Position numbers and translations under genes: made by a program
The notes under the pieces: generated by a model
Seen by the model: the letters and a program-made list of their open reading frames with translations, nothing else
What the model was told of the DNA's origin: nothing
The model's database searches: none
DNA from: Patescibacteria group bacterium
GTDB lineage: Bacteria; Patescibacteriota; Kazan-3B-28
Reading direction: 5' to 3'
NCBI GenBank assembly: GCA_041649135.1
Contig: JBAZNQ010000001.1
Coordinates: forward strand, 361,983 to 425,982
Length of the DNA: 64,000 nucleotides
Shown: in pieces, positions 36,645-47,297 of the stretch
Layout: each line of letters opens with the position of its first letter
How positions within the stretch are numbered: position 1 is the first letter of the stretch

Positions 36645-38801
36645 ATGCTCTCCCCTGCCAGCAAACTCGACTCCCTCCCCCACATCGGGCCCGCTCTCGC
36701 TTCCCAATTAGCTGTCTTGGGTATTTTGACTGTTGAGGACTTGATCTATTATTTCCCTCGGGCATGGGAAGATTTAAGCCAACTAGCTGAAGTCGCCCAT
36801 CTCATCCCAGACGGTCAGCGTCGGACTGTTAAAGCCACCCTAATTAATCTCAAAACTTTCCGCTCCCCCTACAAACGAATGACCCTCACCCAAGGAATCG
36901 CCCGTGATGCTAGCGGAGAACTGCCGGTAATTTGGTTCAACCAGCCATTTTTACGCAACACTCTCAAAACCGACACCGAATATTTTCTTACCGGCAAAGT
37001 TGAAAACCGTTCCGGCAAATTATCTTTGGTTGCTCCCGATTTTGAACGCGTCAGCGATGTCCCGATCCATAGTCTGCGAATTGTACCGGTCTACCCAGAA
37101 ACTGGTCGGCTAACCACTAAAGTCTTTCGCCGACTATGCGCCAATCTCGCTCCCATCATTCATCAAATCGAAGATTACTTACCAGATACTATTCTGGCGC
37201 AATATCATTTGTTACCACTTTCCGAAGCTCTGCTCCATCTTCATTTTCCCGCTTCATTAGAGTATCTTCAGCGGGCCAAAGACCGACTAGCTTTTGACGA
37301 GCTCCTGCTTACCCAACTCGCCGTCCAGGGCGTAAAACAATTTTTGAAATCATCTGACGCTCTGCCCATTCCCCAAGACATCGATTTCATCAAATCAATT
37401 TTAGCCAAACTCCCTTACCAATTAACCATTGGTCAGAAAAAAGCCCTCTGGGAAATTGTTCAGGATTTGAGCGACACCAAGCCGACCAATCGCCTACTCG
37501 AAGGCGATGTCGGTTCTGGCAAAACTATCGTGATCGCGATTGCGATGATGTTAGCCGCGAAATATCATTTCCAATCCGCTCTCATGGCTCCGACTGAAGT
37601 CTTGGCTTATCAACATTATCATTCCCTTGAACCACTACTGACCCAATTTGGGATTACCTGCCGTCTGTTCACCCAAAGCTTCAAACTAGGACCAGAATCA
37701 GCCGATGTTACCATCGGAACTCACACTTTAATTCAAGACGCAACCAAATTTGATAATCTCAATCTCGTCATCATTGATGAGCAACATCGCTTTGGCGTCA
37801 AACAACGAGAAAAACTAAAACACAAATCCGCCGACGATCAAGATAGTCAGGTGGGCAAGGGACCTGCCCGCCACACTGCGTCTAATGAAAATGCGGCTGG
37901 GCCTGCCCGCCCCACTGCGTCGTTAGGAAATGAGGCTGGGTCTACCCGCCACATTGCATCTAAAGACGCTGTGGGCTGGGTTCCGCATTTCCTCTCTCTG
38001 ACCGCCACTCCCATCCCCCGTTCTCTCGCCCTAACCTTGTTTGGTGATTTAGATTTATCAGTCATTACCATGCGTCCAGTTGGTCGCCTACCTATCAAAA
38101 CCTCCGTCATTACCAACCAGCAACGCGGACAGGTTTATAAATTGATTCAGCAGGAGATTGATGCCAATCGGCAAGCTTTTGTTATCACTCCTCTGATTGC
38201 TGATTCAGATCGACTGGCTGTGAAATCCGCCGAAAAAGAATTTAAGAATATTCAATCGCTCTTCCCGCACGCTCGCGTCGGGCTCTTACACGGTCGGCTA
38301 ACTACTGACAAGAAACAAGCTGTGATGGATGATTTTAAAAATCAACGTTTAGATATTTTAGTTGCGACTACCGTCATCGAGGTTGGTGTCGATATTCCCA
38401 ATGCCACCGTCATGTTAATTGAAGGAGCGGAAAGATTTGGTCTGGCCCAACTTCATCAGCTCCGTGGTCGAGTTGGTCGTGGACAAGCGCAATCATATTG
38501 TTTCGTTACCCCAACCGACACCAATGATGAAATTACAAAACGTCTCCAAATTTTCGCCAACAACGTCGATGGTTTTAAGTTAGCCGAGATGGATCTACAA
38601 ATGCGCGGTCCGGGGAGTCTTTTTGGCAAAGTTCAATCCGGCTTTGTTCGCTATCGTCTGGCCGACTGGACCGATGCCAAAGCGATCAAAATCGCCCAAG
38701 ATGCCGCCTTAGAAATTTTGAGCCAAAGTCCTGACCTCTCCAAATATCCAGAGCTAAAGAAAAAAGTTAATATTGAAAGTGTCATTGCTCATTCCGAGTA
38801 A
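36645..38801 (+). CDS. recG: ATP-dependent DNA helicase RecG with in-frame repeat insertion
   Basis: RLLEGDVGSGKT, DEQHRFG, TATPIPR, GLAQLHQLRGRVGRG, RGPG. Confidence 0.96.
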   Translation: MLSPASKLDSLPHIGPALASQLAVLGILTVEDLIYYFPRAWEDLSQLAEVAHLIPDGQRRTVKATLINLKTFRSPYKRMTLTQGIARDASGELPVIWFNQPFLRNTLKTDTEYFLTGKVENRSGKLSLVAPDFERVSDVPIHSLRIVPVYPETGRLTTKVFRRLCANLAPIIHQIEDYLPDTILAQYHLLPLSEALLHLHFPASLEYLQRAKDRLAFDELLLTQLAVQGVKQFLKSSDALPIPQDIDFIKSILAKLPYQLTIGQKKALWEIVQDLSDTKPTNRLLEGDVGSGKTIVIAIAMMLAAKYHFQSALMAPTEVLAYQHYHSLEPLLTQFGITCRLFTQSFKLGPESADVTIGTHTLIQDATKFDNLNLVIIDEQHRFGVKQREKLKHKSADDQDSQVGKGPARHTASNENAAGPARPTASLGNEAGSTRHIASKDAVGWVPHFLSLTATPIPRSLALTLFGDLDLSVITMRPVGRLPIKTSVITNQQRGQVYKLIQQEIDANRQAFVITPLIADSDRLAVKSAEKEFKNIQSLFPHARVGLLHGRLTTDKKQAVMDDFKNQRLDILVATTVIEVGVDIPNATVMLIEGAERFGLAQLHQLRGRVGRGQAQSYCFVTPTDTNDEITKRLQIFANNVDGFKLAEMDLQMRGPGSLFGKVQSGFVRYRLADWTDAKAIKIAQDAALEILSQSPDLSKYPELKKKVNIESVIAHSE

Positions 38802-39001
38802 TGACAAATCATCAAATCGCAGTCTCCCTTTTGTCATTCCGAGCCCTTCAGTTCTTCAGGACAGGCTCCGCGAGGAATCTAGTTCCGGTTTACCGGAACG
38901 CCTATCGGCTAGATCCTTCGATTCGCTTCGCTCACTCGGGATGACAATACTTTGGTTAGATTGGTCTAGATTGGTGAGATTGGTCAGATTAATATATAGC
39001 T

Positions 39002-39532
39002 ATGCGTGTTCGCATCACTGGTGGACAATTTGGTAGCCGATTCATTAAAACTCTGCCTTCCTTGAGACCAACTTCCGATTTAGTTCGCAAAGCTTTGTTC
39101 GATATCCTAGGTGAGCAAATTCAAGAGGCTAATTTTTTGGAGCTATTTGCTGGTTGTGGCGCCGTTGGTATCGAAGCCTTGAGCCGTGGTGCTAAAACCG
39201 TCTTGATGGTCGAGAAAAACCGTCAGCACTACCAGCTCATTAAAGACAACCTTACCGATTTGAAATCCGACCTCACCACTAACGCCACCGTTCGCCAAAT
39301 GGACGTCAAAGATTTTCTTACCGCCAACCAATACCAATACGATTTAGTTTTTGCTGATCCGTGGTATGACAATGAACCCGACATCACCGACTGGGACAAT
39401 CTGCTTGCCCCCAACGGAATTTTGATTTTAGAACACAGCTCATTAAAACCAGCTCCTGAAAATCCCAAACTACAAAACATTAATCATAAACGTTATGGAG
39501 ACACCGCTCTCACCTTTTACCTTCACGCCTAA
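39002..39532 (+). CDS. rsmD: 16S rRNA m2G966 methyltransferase
   Basis: RITGG, LRPT, LFAGCGAVGIEALSRGA, DPW, YGDT. Confidence 0.9.
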   Translation: MRVRITGGQFGSRFIKTLPSLRPTSDLVRKALFDILGEQIQEANFLELFAGCGAVGIEALSRGAKTVLMVEKNRQHYQLIKDNLTDLKSDLTTNATVRQMDVKDFLTANQYQYDLVFADPWYDNEPDITDWDNLLAPNGILILEHSSLKPAPENPKLQNINHKRYGDTALTFYLHA

Positions 39533-40178
39533 GCCAGATTGGTTTGAACAATACAAATACTATCTGCTGGCAATCTTGCTGATCATCATGACCGGCGGTT
39601 TATATTTAATTCTCACTCCACCAAAAGCTAGTTTGGCTAGTGATGCCGATACCGTACTGGTTGCTTCTGACGAATCTGCAACATCAACTATTGCTGGTGA
39701 TCAGATCGTGATTGATATTTCCGGCGGTGTTATCAAGACCGGCGTTTATTGGTTGGCTACCGGCAGTATCATTGAAGACGCCATTAGTTCTGCTGGCGGC
39801 TTCAGCCGATCAGCCGATCTGGATGCGGTCGGGAAAAATATTAATCGGGCCCAAGAACTCACCAATCATGGCAAAGTTTACATTCCCAAAATCGGCGATA
39901 CCAACATTGTCTACACCAACCCTTCTGCTGGCTCCTCCACTAGTTCATCGCAGACCCCCCAAAGCCTTGGCGACGGGGAAACCACGAGTCTGATTAACAT
40001 CAACACCGCCGATAATGCCGAACTCGATTTGCTCCCCGGCATCGGCGAGATCCTCTCCCAGCGCATCATTGACTACCGACTCCAAAATGGTAACTTTACC
40101 AGTATTGACGACCTCAAAAAAATTGCCGGTATTAACGACAGTCGTTTCGAGCAACTCAAAGATCTAGTAACAATCTAA
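39495..40178 (+). CDS. comEA: Competence DNA receptor ComEA
   Basis: TM anchor, SLBB (IDISGGVIKTGVY), ININTA...LPGIG HhH. Confidence 0.93.
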   Translation: METPLSPFTFTPKPDWFEQYKYYLLAILLIIMTGGLYLILTPPKASLASDADTVLVASDESATSTIAGDQIVIDISGGVIKTGVYWLATGSIIEDAISSAGGFSRSADLDAVGKNINRAQELTNHGKVYIPKIGDTNIVYTNPSAGSSTSSSQTPQSLGDGETTSLININTADNAELDLLPGIGEILSQRIIDYRLQNGNFTSIDDLKKIAGINDSRFEQLKDLVTI

Positions 40179-40289
40179 CAAGACTCTATCTCGTCGTGTC
40201 ATTCCCGCGTAGGCGGGAATCCAGACAGAAAAAGAAAAATTGTTTTTTGTTTTTTCTAGATTCCCGCCTACGCGGGAATGACAACTTGT

Positions 40290-40373
40290 GGGCGTGTGGC
40301 GAAATGGTATACGCACTAGCTTTAGGAGCTAGCGGGGCAACCCATGAAGGTTCAAGTCCTTTCACGCCCACCA
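40290..40373 (+). tRNA. tRNA-Leu(TAG)
   Basis: GGGCGTG...CACGCCCACCA, long variable arm, anticodon TAG. Confidence 0.95.
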
Positions 40374-40564
40374 AAACAAAGCGAAGCCTTGAGGCTTTGT
40401 TTTGTTTTTATGAGTACAAAAAGGACGAGAAGCAATGTCCGCCAAAATGAAATCTATATCGCAAGAGGCTGATGACCTATTTGCGATGAGACTGAACGCG
40501 AGGAGATTCAACCCACCAGTTTTTATACTCGCTTGACACGAATTTTGTATTCCTATAACCTAAA

Positions 40565-40783
40565 AACCGAGGAGCGTTTCATCGCACCTCACCTAATGTC
40601 CCTTACTGATACCGAGAGGGATGGAGATGCCGCCACTTTCAACAGGGCAACTATGGTAAGGTTTTCCTTCCCTTGCTCTCCACCCATAAGGGTCATAGAC
40701 ACCATCTGGGTGTCCGACATCTACCTGACCCTCGGTCACAAAGTTGGCGGACCCGCGACGCACCAGTCGCGGGTCTTTTTCTT
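40565..40783 (+). ncRNA. Candidate structured ncRNA (rod with central bubble, possibly 6S-like)
   Basis: TTGACA promoter at 40533, long closing stem 40611-40737, terminator GACCCGCGAC...GTCGCGGGTC-TTTTT. Confidence 0.4.
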
Positions 40784-40911
40784 GGTCTTGAATTTGAAAA
40801 TCAAGCGGTTTTTGGGTATAATGAGACCGTTTTTAATTGGAACACGCTCGTTAATAAATTGGGGTCGAAAACGTTATCATCTCGTCATATATTCCTAAGG
40901 CAAAAATTACA

Positions 40912-41610
40912 ATGACATCAGACAATTTGCTTACTACTTGGGGGCAAGCAGTCTTAAATCCTTTGCAGGATATTTGGACTCGCTTTGTTATCTTCTTGCC
41001 CAGCTTGGTAGGTGCGATTATCATCCTACTGGTGGGTTGGATTGTGGCGGCCGGTCTTGATCGGATCGTTACTCAAATCCTCAAGCAATTGAAGATTGAC
41101 TCTGCTCTCAATAAGGTTGGTGCCAAGACTTTCTTTGAAAAGGCTGGCGTTGACCTGCAGTTCTCCGAATTAATCGGAAACTTAGTAAGATGGACCGTCT
41201 TGTTGATTGCCTTCTTGGCTACGGCCGATGTTTTGGGTCTTTCCAAAGTGACTGATTTCTTAAACAGCATTTTGGTTTACTTGCCAAACATCTTCGTGGC
41301 TGTTGGTATCCTGCTGATTGGTATTCTGGCCGCTCACTTCTTCGCGGGCATTGTCCGCGGTACTGTGGGTGCCGCTAGAGTACATACAGCGAGACTGCTT
41401 GGTTCAGTTACCAAGTGGGTCATTTACTTCTTTACCATCGCCGTTGCTTTGCAACAGCTTGGTATCGCCGCTATCTTGATTGACCGTTTCCTTACCGCCC
41501 TCTTCTTTATGTTGGCGTTGGCTGGAGGCTTAGCCTTTGGTCTGGGTGGTCAAAAACAAGCCAGCGACATGTTGGACGATTTCCGCAGGGACATTGGCCA
41601 CAAGAAATAA
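40912..41610 (+). CDS. TM-helix repeat protein (MscS-associated / CmpX-like)
   Basis: FLPSLVGAIIILLVGW, YLPNIFVAV, LAFGLGG. Confidence 0.85.
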   Translation: MTSDNLLTTWGQAVLNPLQDIWTRFVIFLPSLVGAIIILLVGWIVAAGLDRIVTQILKQLKIDSALNKVGAKTFFEKAGVDLQFSELIGNLVRWTVLLIAFLATADVLGLSKVTDFLNSILVYLPNIFVAVGILLIGILAAHFFAGIVRGTVGAARVHTARLLGSVTKWVIYFFTIAVALQQLGIAAILIDRFLTALFFMLALAGGLAFGLGGQKQASDMLDDFRRDIGHKK

Positions 41611-41747
41611 ATTGTGTTCTAACACAAATTTAAAATCCCCCGACTCGGTTGGGGGATTTTAAATTACCCACATGAACTGTCATTCTGGTAAGCCCAGCCC
41701 CTAAGGAGTCCCGACGTATCCAGAATGACAACTGCTAAGGAAGAGTT

Positions 41748-41792
41748 CTATTGGCTATTGGCTATTGGCTATTGGCTATTGGCTAGTGGCTA
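41748..41792. repeat. Tandem heptamer (CTATTGG)x5 + CTAGTGG
   Basis: Counted directly; 6 nt downstream of the htrA stop. Confidence 0.9.
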
Positions 41793-41798
41793 AACTCT

Positions 41799-42935
41799 CT
41801 ACAGCTTATCCAACGTTGCCGTTACTGTTTTCGTTACACCTTGCCGCAACAACTTGATTGTCACTTTATCCCCCGGCTTGTATTTCTGTAAAATAGTCGA
41901 CAAGTCGTTGGTCTCCGTTACTGCCTCACCATTAATCGACACAATAATATCGTCTTCCTTAATCCCCGCCACGCTGGCCGGACTGCCGGAAGCCACCGCC
42001 GATTCGCCGGATGGACCGCTAGCGATTAAAGCACCCTGTGTCGCTGACAAATTATTGGCTGATGCTAAATCGGCATCAATCGGAATATATCTTACCCCCA
42101 ACCGTGGTCGGACAATCTCGCCTCCCGCTGCAACTGCTGAAATCTGACTCTTCACACTATTGATTGGAATTGCGAACCCGACCGACTGTGCCTGTGTATC
42201 CACCGCCGTGTTAATCCCGATCACCTGCCCCGATAGATTCACTAACGGACCACCGGAATTACCGGGATTAATCGCCGCGTCAGTCTGAATTAAGTTATCC
42301 AATTTTTCACTACCGCTCGCATCGCCAGCCGTGATACTTCGGTTCAAACCACTAATGATTCCCGTGGTCACCGTATTTTGATACTGACCCAACGCATTAC
42401 CAATCGCGATCACTTTTTGCCCCAACGCCAATTTAGCTGAATCACCAAATGTTACCACCGGCAAATTGCTAGCCGAAATTTTCATCAACGCCAAATCAGC
42501 CGATGGATCTCTGGCCACTACTGTTGCTGAATACTCTTTGCCTGCATTAGTGGTTATTGAATAAGTGGCGGTTTCACTACTAACCACATGTTTGTTGGTT
42601 ACGATCAAACCATCACTCCTGACAATAAACCCAGACCCGCCCCCGGTTTGCTGATACGTTCCACCAAAGATACTCCGAACCGTTTGCGTACTAGTTACTG
42701 CCACTACTGACGGCAAAACTTTCTGAACTGCCGCCTCGGTACTATCCTCACCACTTGTTAATGTCGTTCCAGTACCGTTGAGATTACTTACATCGGTACT
42801 TGTCATCACCGTACCATCAGTATTCTTAATAATTTTATAATCACCCAGCCACAACCAGCCAGATAGTGTAATAACCCCGCCCACTGCACCGGATACCACC
42901 AACATACCAATTTGTTTCCAATTTATTTGCTTCAT
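41799..42935 (-). CDS. htrA: HtrA/DegP-family serine protease with PDZ domain
   Basis: GSGFI, TNKHVV, DLA, IQTDAAINPGNSGGPL. Confidence 0.95.
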   Translation of the reverse strand: MKQINWKQIGMLVVSGAVGGVITLSGWLWLGDYKIIKNTDGTVMTSTDVSNLNGTGTTLTSGEDSTEAAVQKVLPSVVAVTSTQTVRSIFGGTYQQTGGGSGFIVRSDGLIVTNKHVVSSETATYSITTNAGKEYSATVVARDPSADLALMKISASNLPVVTFGDSAKLALGQKVIAIGNALGQYQNTVTTGIISGLNRSITAGDASGSEKLDNLIQTDAAINPGNSGGPLVNLSGQVIGINTAVDTQAQSVGFAIPINSVKSQISAVAAGGEIVRPRLGVRYIPIDADLASANNLSATQGALIASGPSGESAVASGSPASVAGIKEDDIIVSINGEAVTETNDLSTILQKYKPGDKVTIKLLRQGVTKTVTATLDKL

Positions 42936-43061
42936 AAATATCCCCTACAAATTAACTTATTAAGTGTATCCCTCCCTAGATACTAGATACTAACATATCA
43001 TTCTACCAACCTGAAAAATAACTGAAACTCCCACGACCATCATGAGTGATAGAATATAGCC

Positions 43062-43481
43062 ATGATAAATCATCAGCGCTGGTCAGTCGAATCTGCTCAA
43101 GCTGCTGCCGTCAACGGTACTTTGCAAGAGTGGCTAATAGCCTACCTCCGCAATGAAGGTAACAACGAGAAGCTTGCTCGTGTCATTGAAGAGCAGACAA
43201 ATGTCATCACTATCCAGCCTCCTAGACTGATCTCATTACAGCGAATGAAAATCATGGTCGGACCACCAAATAGTGGTCGCAAATGGACTGATTCAAAATG
43301 GGAAGTTAATATCAAGAAATTTGTGCACCTTATTCAGACAGGCTGGAATCCGCCACCAATCATTTTAACCGACTACTGGGGCACACCCAACGCTATTACT
43401 GACGGTAACCACCGCTATGAAGCATTGAAACGACTAGGATATAAAAAGTATTGGGCTATTCAACTAAAGAACAAGCGGTAA
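43062..43481 (+). CDS. Stand-alone ParB/Srx N-terminal domain protein
   Basis: PPIIL...ITDGNHRYEALKRLG. Confidence 0.75.
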   Translation: MINHQRWSVESAQAAAVNGTLQEWLIAYLRNEGNNEKLARVIEEQTNVITIQPPRLISLQRMKIMVGPPNSGRKWTDSKWEVNIKKFVHLIQTGWNPPPIILTDYWGTPNAITDGNHRYEALKRLGYKKYWAIQLKNKR

Positions 43482-43534
43482 TATTCCTTACGCCAGTATC
43501 TTCTCCGCCATCGGAAGCTTGGAATGTGTCTTAA

Positions 43535-43770
43535 CTCCCCTTCGAGCAAATCTCGTCATCGGAAAATAAAATCAAGCCAAATCTGGCGCAAGCCTTGAGT
43601 CCTGATAACCCGTTTAATATTTACGTCAGGACGAATCGGCTTGGATATAAGCCAGATGACTGGATTTTATTATTGCGATAGAGATTCGTGAGCAGGGGTG
43701 AGTTTTCCTGTTCGCTTTTGCTCACTCAAAAGCGAACCGCCCAGCGCGCGGTGGCGTAGACCGCGCATAA
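43535..43770. repeat. Dispersed structured repeat family A, copy 3
   Basis: Diverged copy with compensatory stem changes (TCCTGA/TCAGGA versus CCCCGA/TCGGGG). Confidence 0.85.
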
Positions 43771-43872
43771 AATTAATAAGATTCTGGATAATCCAGAATG
43801 ACGGAAAAACCAAGAAATAAGATTGCTTCGTCGCAAACTCCTCGCAATGACAAAGAGAAAGAAAAAACAAAG

Positions 43873-44661
43873 CTACTGCAAGACTACCAACCAATCCACC
43901 AAAAACACCGCCACCAAAGTCAGCACCACCAACCCGATATACTCCACCGCTACCCGCACCGTTAACGTGCCCTTAAGATAGTGAACGATGAAATCGACAA
44001 ATAAGTAAAACAACATCGCCACCAAAAACGTTTTCAAAAACACTCCCCGATGCCAGAAACTGGTTATCCAAGTTACTTGCTGTAACACCAATAACATAAT
44101 AATGGTGTACAACCATTTCCTTCGACTTTCGATGCGTTCTCTCCAAAATCGCAGATTAACCGCCAAAATCACTTCCAAAGAAATCGCCACCAACAGGAAC
44201 ACCAATTGCCAACTATATAGATCGCTAGCCATCAGCATGCTGGCAGTCAGGAAGAAGAACGCCAACAAGTCAATAAAATCAAGTAGCGAGAAAAATCTGA
44301 TCGGCCAATTTCCTTCCTGCAAATAGCTCTCGTACAAGATCAACAAACCCAACACTACCGCCGTAATCACTATCGCCGAAACTTGAAACGCCGTACTGCT
44401 TAGCAGATTAAATACCACAAACCCCACGCCAGCCGCGACTATCCAAACCACTTCGGTTAACAGCCACAACCAGTTTCGCCATTCCCGATCAAAACTACTA
44501 ATCCACCACACCCCCAAAGTCAGGACCACCAAAGTCGCTACCACCCACGCTATTAAATACTGTGGCGAATAGAACAAACACTGCAACAGCCCGTACACAA
44601 GGAGTGTGGTGATAAGAACCTTGCGGTTATTCCACAACCATGTCCGGGCTGTTTCTAACAT
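43873..44661 (-). CDS. Multi-pass membrane protein, unknown function
   Basis: Many hydrophobic helices; operonic with the LCP gene. Confidence 0.75.
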   Translation of the reverse strand: MLETARTWLWNNRKVLITTLLVYGLLQCLFYSPQYLIAWVVATLVVLTLGVWWISSFDREWRNWLWLLTEVVWIVAAGVGFVVFNLLSSTAFQVSAIVITAVVLGLLILYESYLQEGNWPIRFFSLLDFIDLLAFFFLTASMLMASDLYSWQLVFLLVAISLEVILAVNLRFWRERIESRRKWLYTIIMLLVLQQVTWITSFWHRGVFLKTFLVAMLFYLFVDFIVHYLKGTLTVRVAVEYIGLVVLTLVAVFLVDWLVVLQ

Positions 44662-44668
44662 AAGTTAA

Positions 44669-46072
44669 TTATTGGGTTGGATAATCTGCCCCCAATATTA
44701 CTCTGGCTTCCGTACCAGCTGGTAGCGTAACTGTTTCAGTTGAAACCGTTGCTCCCAAGCTATTTGCTAGCGCTTGCAACGATGCCGACAAACTGGCATC
44801 ACCGTAAACCATCGTTTTGGCAATTCCCTTCGTCGAATTATTCGCTACCTTGGTAATGGTATGACCAGCTGTTCTTAGCTTCTCGGCCGCCTTTCCAGCC
44901 AGACCGGTTACGCTCGTACCATTTAGAACTTCAACCTTTAACGGTGTCGCCTCAACTTCAGGTTCCGTTTGATCTGATGGTGATTTAGCCAGAGTCTCCG
45001 ATACGAATGTCTCGATCTTGCCGTAATCATCACCAACTGGACGCAAGACATACGCTCCGGCATCATTCTTGCCGCCATACAGCAGACCAGACGCTTCATC
45101 CATCACTTTATTAGTGATCATCGTTGGATCAAAGTCGGCCAACAATTTCATTACTCGGATCAGCTCATCTTTGCTTAAGTTGGTCATCAAATGATCTTTG
45201 ATGATATCGTTAATTTCCAACATTTTGGTTGGTGCTGTTAGCAAGTTCAGATCACTTGCCTTAGCCCGAATCGCCATTAACAAATCTTGCTGCCTTCTGG
45301 CCCTATCAAAGTCCGATGTACTATGACGCGACCGAGCATACTTGAGCGCCATCTCACCATCCATGGTGTAACTGCCAGCCTTCACTTCGAACAATTGGAC
45401 ACCATCGCCACTATCCGCCGGATAACTCGAATCTACCAAGTCTTTCTTAACTTCTATTTTTACTCCGCCCAGTTCATCAACCAGTTGTTTAAAACCAGCA
45501 AAATCGATCTGCAGATAATACGGGATCGCCAAACCAGTCAAATCTTCAACCGTCTTAGTCAACGTGCCCGGCCCATCGCTATTTTGCGACCGACCAGTTT
45601 CGTAAACTGCGTTAATCTTCATCGTTCCCAATCCCGATGCAGTTACCTGCAAATCTCGTGGGATCGAAAACATGGTCAGATATTTATCGTTGGTGTTGTA
45701 GCTGGCCAGCATTAACGTATCAGTCAAATTCGGACCATCGTGAGTCGGGTCACCCGGGATCCCCATCATCAAAATATTCACCCTACCGTCAGTCTCACCA
45801 ATCAGTTTGGTAGTTTTAATATTAAACAAAGTTGCCAACCAATTATTGTCAGCCAACTGCAAACCGGTTATCGCCGCTCTGGCACCAAACCAACCCACCG
45901 TCAGTAGTACGACCACAATCCCAACCACCAACCATCCCTTACCTCCCCCCCGACGAGTACGGGTGGAACGACGCGGCCTTGGTGTTGGCTCGGTATCGTC
46001 AGCGGATGACACTTTCTTTGCTACTCGGACGCTGACCTCACGAGCTGGCAAATCTTCTTTTCTTCTGACCAT
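44669..46072 (-). CDS. LCP (LytR-CpsA-Psr) family protein with LytR_C domain
   Basis: NILMMG, TDT, SIPRD, ARSR...SDFDRARRQQ, VEVLNGTSVTGLA. Confidence 0.93.
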   Translation of the reverse strand: MVRRKEDLPAREVSVRVAKKVSSADDTEPTPRPRRSTRTRRGGGKGWLVVGIVVVLLTVGWFGARAAITGLQLADNNWLATLFNIKTTKLIGETDGRVNILMMGIPGDPTHDGPNLTDTLMLASYNTNDKYLTMFSIPRDLQVTASGLGTMKINAVYETGRSQNSDGPGTLTKTVEDLTGLAIPYYLQIDFAGFKQLVDELGGVKIEVKKDLVDSSYPADSGDGVQLFEVKAGSYTMDGEMALKYARSRHSTSDFDRARRQQDLLMAIRAKASDLNLLTAPTKMLEINDIIKDHLMTNLSKDELIRVMKLLADFDPTMITNKVMDEASGLLYGGKNDAGAYVLRPVGDDYGKIETFVSETLAKSPSDQTEPEVEATPLKVEVLNGTSVTGLAGKAAEKLRTAGHTITKVANNSTKGIAKTMVYGDASLSASLQALANSLGATVSTETVTLPAGTEARVILGADYPTQ

Positions 46073-46178
46073 ATGGCGTATTAGTTAACCTAATTTATTG
46101 CTCACAAAAGCATACCCAATATATCACAAAACCCCTTACCCAAAAATTGGCAATTCTCCGCTCTTATCCTTACAATGA

Positions 46179-47177
46179 GTGGAGATGAAATCTCCTCGGA
46201 CTCTTTATCGTACTCCCGGCCGGATAATTGTCTTCGCTACTATCGGAGCTGTTTTGCTCATTTTGATCGGTACTGGGATCGCTCTGAACCAAGCCGGCTT
46301 TACGCTGGCTGCTTTCGCCGGCTATGTTAGCGAGACTGTCAGCCGACTGGCGGGCGCGAATCTTATTGTTAAAGTCGACCGCACCACGTTACCAGCCGAT
46401 GGCAAAGCTACCACCACCATTTACGTTACAGCCAACCACGAATTCCCCATCACCGCCAAAGTAACTTCTGGTGGTGGAGAAGTTGTTGCCGCTGCTAATT
46501 CATCAACTGATTTTGTCTACACCACCAGCACTACTGTCGGTACTGTTGTCATCAATATTACCTCTGGCAGTTTAAGCGAAGACTTGGAATTAACTCTTGT
46601 CGACCCCATTGTCCCAGCTAATCCCACTATCATTGCGCCAAACGACGGCAGCACCACCAACAATCCCAAACCAGAGATCGTCGGGACTGGTCCGATCAAC
46701 ACCAAAATCTTGATCACTACCAATGGCTCGCTCAATACCACTCTTCAAACTGACGACAAAGGCAACTTCCGTGGCTCCCTAGACAAGCCATTATATAGTG
46801 GCAAGCACACCTTAAGCACCGTTGCCCAAACCGAACTTGGTGTCATCAGCCAAGTCAGTAATCTCGTTACTATCACGGTCGAAACCGATCCCGTCAAACT
46901 CGATACCACCCACATTCGCACCACCCCAACCAAAATTTTGGCCAGCGATAGCTTCGGCCTGTTTGTTCCAGTCTCGCTCAACACTTCTCGGGTAGTCGCC
47001 GAACTACAAGGGCAAAGCTTTGAACTACAAAATCTACACAAAACTAGTATCTTTACCGGCACTCTGCCTGCCCCAGATCAATCCGGTCTCTATACCGGCA
47101 ATTTAATTCTCTATGATTTAGCCAATAGCGGTACTCGATTTGACCGCTCCTTTACTATTGTTGTGATCTCCTCATAG
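46179..47177 (+). CDS. Membrane-anchored Ig-like domain surface protein
   Basis: TM anchor, TLPADGKATTTI invasin-like Ig, PTIIAPNDGS Big-type domain. Confidence 0.75.
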   Translation: MEMKSPRTLYRTPGRIIVFATIGAVLLILIGTGIALNQAGFTLAAFAGYVSETVSRLAGANLIVKVDRTTLPADGKATTTIYVTANHEFPITAKVTSGGGEVVAAANSSTDFVYTTSTTVGTVVINITSGSLSEDLELTLVDPIVPANPTIIAPNDGSTTNNPKPEIVGTGPINTKILITTNGSLNTTLQTDDKGNFRGSLDKPLYSGKHTLSTVAQTELGVISQVSNLVTITVETDPVKLDTTHIRTTPTKILASDSFGLFVPVSLNTSRVVAELQGQSFELQNLHKTSIFTGTLPAPDQSGLYTGNLILYDLANSGTRFDRSFTIVVISS

Positions 47178-47181
47178 ATTG

Positions 47182-47297
47182 ATCCCGTTAGAAATTTACC
47201 GGACACATCCTGAAACCCAACTCAAGTTAGCACAAGCGCCATTCGCAAAATGATCATTCAAATCACATTTATGGCCTCATCGGATTTCTAACGGGAT
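47182..47297. mobile_element. MITE-like element with 14-bp terminal inverted repeats
   Basis: ATCCCGTTAGAAAT ... ATTTCTAACGGGAT. Confidence 0.55.
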
